DNA of 32,000 nucleotides from Candidatus Saccharimonadota bacterium (GTDB lineage Bacteria; Bacteroidota; Bacteroidia; Cytophagales; Amoebophilaceae): NCBI RefSeq assembly GCF_936981045.1, contig NZ_OW441264.1, positions 1,050,001 to 1,082,000 of the forward strand, read 5' to 3'. Shown piece by piece: positions 26,923 to 32,000 of this stretch (position 1 is its first letter; each line of letters starts with the position of its first letter). The notes under the pieces were generated by a model. It saw only the letters and a program-made list of their open reading frames with translations, ran no database searches and was not told where the DNA came from. The position numbers and the translations under genes were made by a program.

Positions 26923-28010
26923 GGTTCTGTCGCTTCTATATTTTCGTTAGTAACGTCTTTTCTTTTAAGTGAAGTTGGATATATATTGGGTATTATCTGG
27001 CCATTAGCATAACAAAATTCTCAAAAGTAGAAAGATGATTTTTAGCTCCAATTACTTGTCCTTTTTGAATCATACGAATGTTTTCTATCCCCGCAATGGT
27101 AATGGCTGCAGACTTAAAACACTTAAAACTAAGAATAGGTTTTAGCCGTTTTTTGATAAACCTATGATCTTGTTCAACTCTATTATTCAAGTATTTGTTT
27201 TGAAATATTTGAATGGTATGATCTTGATCAAGTTCTGTATTGATCGCATCAAGGGCAGCTTTATTACTACCGCTTTTGTCAATTACTACTTTCTTTACGT
27301 GAGTTCGGGATTTATTTGACTGATTTACAAAAATTTAATATCAATTATTTAGTTAATATTTGCACCTATTTAACAAGTTTTTATATCTAATTTTATAAAT
27401 ATAATATATATAATAAACTGATTATCAGAATTATTTTTTATTCAACTACCTATTTAACTGTCTATAAAACAAATTTTATAAATTTTTATTAATATTGATT
27501 ATCAAATGAAAAAATAATCTAATCCCGAATTCACGTTTCTTAGGAATATTATTTTCTGTGATCGCCTTATGAAAAAAAGAAAAAGCTGCAGACTTCTCTC
27601 TATGCTCAGATAGAAAAAAGTCAACTGTATCACCATAACGATCTACTACTCTATATAAATAGATCTACTTCCCGTTTAGTTTAACATAGGTTTCATCCAT
27701 TCTCCAACTACCACCAACTGGTCGTTTTCTTTTGCTTACTGCTTCATCTATAAGAGGAACAAACTTAATAACCCATCTCTGTAGAGTAGAATGATCAACT
27801 CTTGCGCCTCTCATACGCATCATCTCTTCCAAATCTCTATAGCTCAAGGAAAAACGACACTTCATCTAGACAAATAACAGGATAACTTCTGCTGAAGAAC
27901 AATAGCCCTTAAAATAAGGTAATAATTTGGGCGAAATATTAAACATAATAACTACTTTTTTAACTGCAGATACTAAAATAATGATTTTTTAGAATAAACG
28001 CGACAGAACC
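26923..28010 (-). mobile_element. IS6-family element, copy B, inactivated (two nonsense codons plus a MITE insertion)
   Basis: IRs GGTTCTGTCGC (26923) and GCGACAGAACC (ending 28010). The transposase reading frame (about 26993-27946) is broken by a TAG replacing the Y in LLFVYMKCRF, by a TAG replacing the W in NGKWIYLY (about 27662-27664), and by the 240-bp insert. Confidence 0.85.
27296..27535. mobile_element. ~240-bp MITE, copy 1, with IS982-like termini, inserted in IS6 copy B
   Basis: Absent from the otherwise colinear IS6 copy A (..aattactactttcttaggaat..). Termini are ACGTGAGTTCGGGATT / AATCCCGAATTCACG. TTTCTT flanks it on both sides (27290-27295 and 27536-27541). The interior is extremely AT-rich with no ORF. 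Confidence 0.8.
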
Positions 28011-28024
28011 TTTTATAAATCCCT

Positions 28025-29035
28025 TTAGGGGTGCATTAACTTAAAGATTAATTCTTTCATAATCTGGTCATCACTTATATTAGAATCAATGCCTTTTAAT
28101 TGTAGATCAGCTTGATGTAGATAAGTTATATTTTTCATGGTTTGATGCAAGGTATAGGCTTGAACCGCATGCAGATACCCTTGTATAAAGTAGGGATTTA
28201 TATCAATTTGCTGGGCAATTTTAGTAGGAAGGGTTTCTTTTGTTTGATGCAATACAAGTAGCTTAGAGAAAAGATTGTATAAAATGGTTACCATGGGCAG
28301 GGCAGCATGTTCCAGGGAAACACTAATGATTTGGTAGCTCTTTGGGTAATCTTTTTGCATAATGGCCTTTTGTAGTTCAAATACATTGAAGGGTTTATGT
28401 AAGCCTATATAGGCCTCTACCATGTTATCCGTAATGGTGCTACCTGGCCTAAGGTTGATACGCAACTTATGAAGTTCACTAGCGATTCTTGTTAAATCAT
28501 TACCGATATAGGCTTCGACTAAGCAAATGGCTTTTTCTGTTATAGACAATTCCAAGTTTTGCACGAAGGATTTGATAAAAGCAGGCAATTGTTGATCATA
28601 TAGCTTTTTAGCAGTAACCAGGACATTGTGTTTGCTTAATGCTTTGCCAAAAGTACTTCGGCCATCTATTGTTTTATATTTGTGTGCAAAAACCAATAAA
28701 GTAGTAGGCTGTGGATGTTGTAAGTAATGCAACAATAACTGTTGACCCGCAGTGTTTTTTAAATCTGCCATCTCTTGTGCTTCTTTGACAATAACCACTT
28801 GTAGCGCAGCGGCCATTGGAAAACGACGTGCTTGGGTAAGCAATGTGGCCATGCTGCATTCTTTTCCATAGGCAATGGTGAGGTTAAAGTTTTTTTCAGC
28901 TGGTGTGAGCAGTTTTTCTTCGATATATTGTGTAATTGCATCAATATAGTATGCTTCTTCACTCTGTAAAAAATAAATAGGGACATATATGCTTTTTTGC
29001 AAGTTGTCTAAAACAGTTTGTGCGGATTGCATCAT
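28025..29035 (-). CDS. holA: DNA polymerase III delta subunit
   Basis: 336 aa, with the delta-subunit pattern IYFLQSEEAYYID... and a C-terminal helical domain. The size and organisation fit HolA. The assignment rests on family resemblance, not on a sharp motif. Confidence 0.8.
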   Translation of the reverse strand: MMQSAQTVLDNLQKSIYVPIYFLQSEEAYYIDAITQYIEEKLLTPAEKNFNLTIAYGKECSMATLLTQARRFPMAAALQVVIVKEAQEMADLKNTAGQQLLLHYLQHPQPTTLLVFAHKYKTIDGRSTFGKALSKHNVLVTAKKLYDQQLPAFIKSFVQNLELSITEKAICLVEAYIGNDLTRIASELHKLRINLRPGSTITDNMVEAYIGLHKPFNVFELQKAIMQKDYPKSYQIISVSLEHAALPMVTILYNLFSKLLVLHQTKETLPTKIAQQIDINPYFIQGYLHAVQAYTLHQTMKNITYLHQADLQLKGIDSNISDDQIMKELIFKLMHP

Positions 29036-29043
29036 ATGGCGTA

Positions 29044-29227
29044 GGTTCTGTCGCTTCTATATTTTCGTTAGTAACGTCTTTTCTTTTAAGTGAAGTTTTG
29101 GATATATATTGGGTACTATTCGGCCATTAGCATAACAAAATTCTCAAAAGTAGAAAGATGATTTTTAGCTCCGATTACTTGTCCTTTTTGAATCATAGGA
29201 ATGTTTTCTATCCCTGCAATGGTCTAG
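29044..29227 (-). mobile_element. IS6-family 3' fragment, copy C (IR plus last ~35 codons of the transposase)
   Basis: GGTTCTGTCGCTTCTATATTTTCGTTAGTAACGTC is nearly identical to the copy B end at 26923. Homology to IS6 stops at 29227. Confidence 0.8.
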
Positions 29228-29275
29228 AGTAAAGAAATGGTTGGACCACTTAAAATTAAGCATATCTATTGCTTC
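29228..29275 (-). mobile_element. 48-nt fragment of the group II intron 3' tail (reverse complement of about 17068-17115)
   Basis: ctagagtaaagaaatggttggaccacttaaaattaagcatatctattgcttc is the reverse complement of the intron tail next to IS6 copy D. It has the same intron/IS6 junction. Confidence 0.75.
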
Positions 29276-30851
29276 GGCTCTGTCCACTTAAGTGTGTAAA
29301 TTATTTTTTGGTTTTATTCAATTCTGTTTTCAAATTTAATTAAAAAATGTGCCATAGCCTCGCTCCAGTTATGAATAGAGGTGGTCCATTTTCTAGTCAT
29401 GTAGTTAATAGTTAGATATAATGTTTTAAAAACAGCTAGATCGTTAGGGAACACTCTTTTATTTTTGGTAACTCTACGAAATTGGCTATTTACAGATTCC
29501 AAACATTTGTTGTGTAAATGACCTTACGTATGGCATTAGGGTACTGTAAAAATACCATCAGATTATCCCAGTTAGCATACCAAGATTGGGCTATTTATGG
29601 GTATTGTTGATTCCACTTAGTAGCAAAAGCTTCTAAGGCCATCAATGCTTCTTGCTCGGTAACTGCTGTATAAATTGGTTTTAAATCAGCAACTAATACC
29701 TTTCTATGTTTATAAGAAACATACTGCAAACTACCCCTAATTGCATGAACAATACAGAGCTGATGTTCCGTTTTAACGTGAGTTCGGGATTTATTTGACT
29801 GATTTACAAAAATTTAATATCAATTATTTAGTTAATATTTGCACCTATTTAACAAGTTTTTATACCTAATTTTATAAAAATAATATATATAATAAACTGA
29901 TTACCAGAATTATTTGTTATTCAACTACCTATTTAACTGTCTATAAAACAAATTTTATAAATTTTCATTGATATTGATTATCAAATGAAAAAATAATCTA
30001 ATCCCGAACTCAGGTTTTTTGGGTATACAGCAGCAATGGCCTCAGACATGCCTGACAAATTATCTGTACATGCAATGAGCATATCGTTCATACCCCGATT
30101 TTTGAGTTCTGTTAAATTGCCTAACCAAAATTTAGCCCCTTCATTTTCACTCATCCAAAGCCCTAAAACATCCTTTATGCCAGATCTATCTATACCTAAA
30201 GCGACATAGACTGCCTTGTTGATGATACGCTTATCTTGTCTAACTTTAACTACAAAGCAATCAAAAAAAACAATAGAATAGACTGATTCTAAGGGACGAT
30301 TTTGCCATATCTTAACATCTTCAATAACAGAGTCTGTGACGTTACTTATCAGGCTTTCACTTACTTCTGCGCCATATAATCCCTGTATTTGAATCTGAAT
30401 ATCTGACAGACTCATACCTTTAGCATATAAAGATAAGATCTTATCATCCAAACCAGAAATTCTTGTTTGACGATTAGGCAATAAAATAGGTTCAAAAGTC
30501 GATGCTCTACCTCTGGGTACTTCAACCGATATAACGCCATTATCAGTAATAACGTGCTTACTGGATAATCCATTACGTACATTCTCTGAATCACTACGTG
30601 CATACTTATTATAACCTAAATGGTCATCCATTTCTGACTGTAATGCTTTTTCTACAAGACGCTTACTTAATTGTTTGAGTAAGCCGTCTTGATCAAAAAG
30701 TCTGGAAAGGTCTACACCTGATTCTATCAGTACATCTATGGCCTTGCTTATCCCATCTTTAACTGTCTCTTTTCTTTTTATTGTTTTAAGTGTTATGATT
30801 TAGGTAAAGATAAATCCTAAAAAATATTTACACACTTAAAACAAAAGACCC
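29276..30851 (-). mobile_element. IS256-family insertion sequence, decayed (frameshifts, no ATG at the N-terminus, MITE insertion)
   Basis: Imperfect ~26-bp IRs GGCTCTGTCCACTTAAGTGTGTAAAT (29276) and ATTTACACACTTAAAACAAAAGACCC (ending 30851). Transposase pieces are 29981..30631 (DLSRLFDQDGLLKQLSKRLVEKAL upstream, then MDDHLGY...), the segment 29500-29775, and 29314..29502 (SVNSQFRRVTKNKRVFPND). Confidence 0.8.
29775..30013. mobile_element. ~240-bp MITE, copy 2, inserted in the IS256-family transposase gene
   Basis: About 90+% identical by eye to 27296-27535. It splits the transposase between ..AVYPK and TEHQLCIVHAIRGS... Termini are ACGTGAGTTCGGGATT / AATCCCGAACTCAG. Confidence 0.8.
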
Positions 30852-31144
30852 ACCGGTTTATCTCGTACTCAGATGCAGGATCTTGTATAGCTTCTACAGC
30901 GTCCTTATTATTTCTTCTTTTTACCATTTACTAATTTATCAATAAGTTTATGCGCTCCGAGCGTTTTACGGAAAAACTCAAGTGCCGCTTCTTTGTTTCT
31001 ATGTTCACGAAATAAAAAATCTATCGTATTATCAGCACTATCTATTGCTCTATATAAATAGACCCATTTCCCTTTTAACTTGACATAAGTTTCATCTAGC
31101 CTCCAACTAGTACTAACTGATTTTTTTCTGTTCTTTTTGAGCAT
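30852..31144 (-). pseudogene. fragment of a second, divergent IS6-family transposase gene
   Basis: SWRLDETYVKLKGKWVYLYRAIDSADNTIDFLFREHRNKEAALEFFRK. After a frameshift it continues as ..NKDAVEAIQ.. (30852-30907). Both ends of the element are missing. Confidence 0.75.
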
Positions 31145-31223
31145 CTATTGAATTAATATTTACTGATTATCAGCATTTTGTTTAAAATTTACTATTTCTT
31201 TCTATTTTCTTTTTACTACTAAC

Positions 31224-32000
31224 CTCAGTTCGGGATTAGACGTATTGTGAACCAGTCATATATATATTAGTTATAGAAGGTTTTTTCTCTTTTAGTGCAT
31301 AAGCTGTAATTCCAGCTATCAAATTGACTGGAAAATTAGGTATGCTTCTATGCCTGGAATGTTCTATCTGGCTAATATTTTTGAGCTGATCTATAATAGT
31401 TTCAATTATAGATCGTTTTCTAAGCATCAGTTTATCCCAGAGTGGCATAAAAGCATTTTTCATATTTTTTCTGATCTGGGTAATGAGTTCCACGCCTTTC
31501 TCGATCAGTTTTTCAAATAAATCTTTGCTTATGTAACCTTTATCGGCAAACATTTTACCCATGAAGTGTTTACATAAATTTTCTACAGGAAGCCTATCAT
31601 TAGTTTTACCTGTGGTCAGTTGAAAATTCATAATTTCTCCTAAATCATTGACTATCAAGTGCAACTTTAATCCAAAAAACCAACCGGTGCTGGTTTTACC
31701 TTTAGTAGCAATCGATTTAAAAACCCTGTGCGTATAGGCTCTTTTGATATGGCAAACCTTGATGGCTGTTGCATCCATAAAATAACAACCTGTTTTTGTT
31801 TTAGCAAGACTTTGTGTAAAACAGTACAAGGGAGCTAACGTTCTTTGGATCAGTTCTATAAATCTATTCTAGCTTACTAACTTTCCAAATTTACTAGAAT
31901 GAAATTGCCGTAAATGAATATAATAAGACTTAAAATTTCTAAAACCAATCACATGAAAGGCAATAAGAATAGTCATTATTTCACTCAAAGTTAATGAACA
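31224..32000 (-). mobile_element. IS982-family insertion sequence, partial (runs off the window end); the transposase carries an in-frame TAG
   Basis: The terminus CTCAGTTCGGGATTAGACG at 31224 matches the MITE termini. The transposase has the ADKGYISKDLFEKLIEKGVELITQIRKNM block. The N-terminal part (31830-32000) reads ..LSEIMTILIAFHVIGFRNFKSYY..KFGKLVS*NRFIELIQ, with a TAG where IS982 transposases have a conserved Tyr. Confidence 0.75.

Noticed and set aside
27300-27530. Very AT-rich, internally repetitive-looking stretch considered as a CRISPR array or replication origin
   Set aside because: It has no regular repeat-spacer periodicity. It is bounded by inverted repeats, is present as a second near-identical copy at 29775-30013, and is missing from an intact IS6 copy. 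That identifies it as a MITE.

Overview
AT-rich (roughly 35-40% GC by eye) bacterial chromosome segment. The gene content looks Bacteroidota-like: lptF/G next to tgt, type-B L31, and an rpsF-rpsR-rplI operon. The first 14.3 kb is a housekeeping block: lptF/G (partial), tgt, lptB, gatB, argS, ung, rpsF-rpsR-rplI, a TrmH-family methyltransferase, cdaA, pdhB, tpiA and rbfA. This block is interrupted once, by an accessory gene for a eukaryotic-type ubiquitin-specific protease (USP/C19) lying next to a thrS remnant. Two insertion-sequence graveyards follow, at 14.5-17.3 kb and 26.9-32.0 kb. They hold one intact and several decayed IS6-family copies, a frameshifted group II intron reverse transcriptase, two IS256-family remnants, an IS982-family element and two copies of a ~240-bp MITE that shares the IS982 termini. 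Between the two graveyards lie a small membrane protein, a 1258-aa ORF with a Baseplate_J/gp6-like block (Afp11/Cis11-like), and an overlapping tail-fibre-like ORF. This pair looks like an orphan contractile-injection-system baseplate module, since no sheath, tube or spike gene is in the window. After it come rpmE2, holB, rnr and holA. holB is bracketed by inverted copies of a ~150-nt repeat that carries a GC-rich palindrome. rnr and holA each start only 36 and 8 nt from an IS6 end. I found no rRNA, tRNA or CRISPR array. By inference only, the combination of IS overload, a eukaryotic-like USP and an Afp-like baseplate gene resembles what has been described for amoeba/arthropod symbionts of the Amoebophilus/Cardinium lineage.
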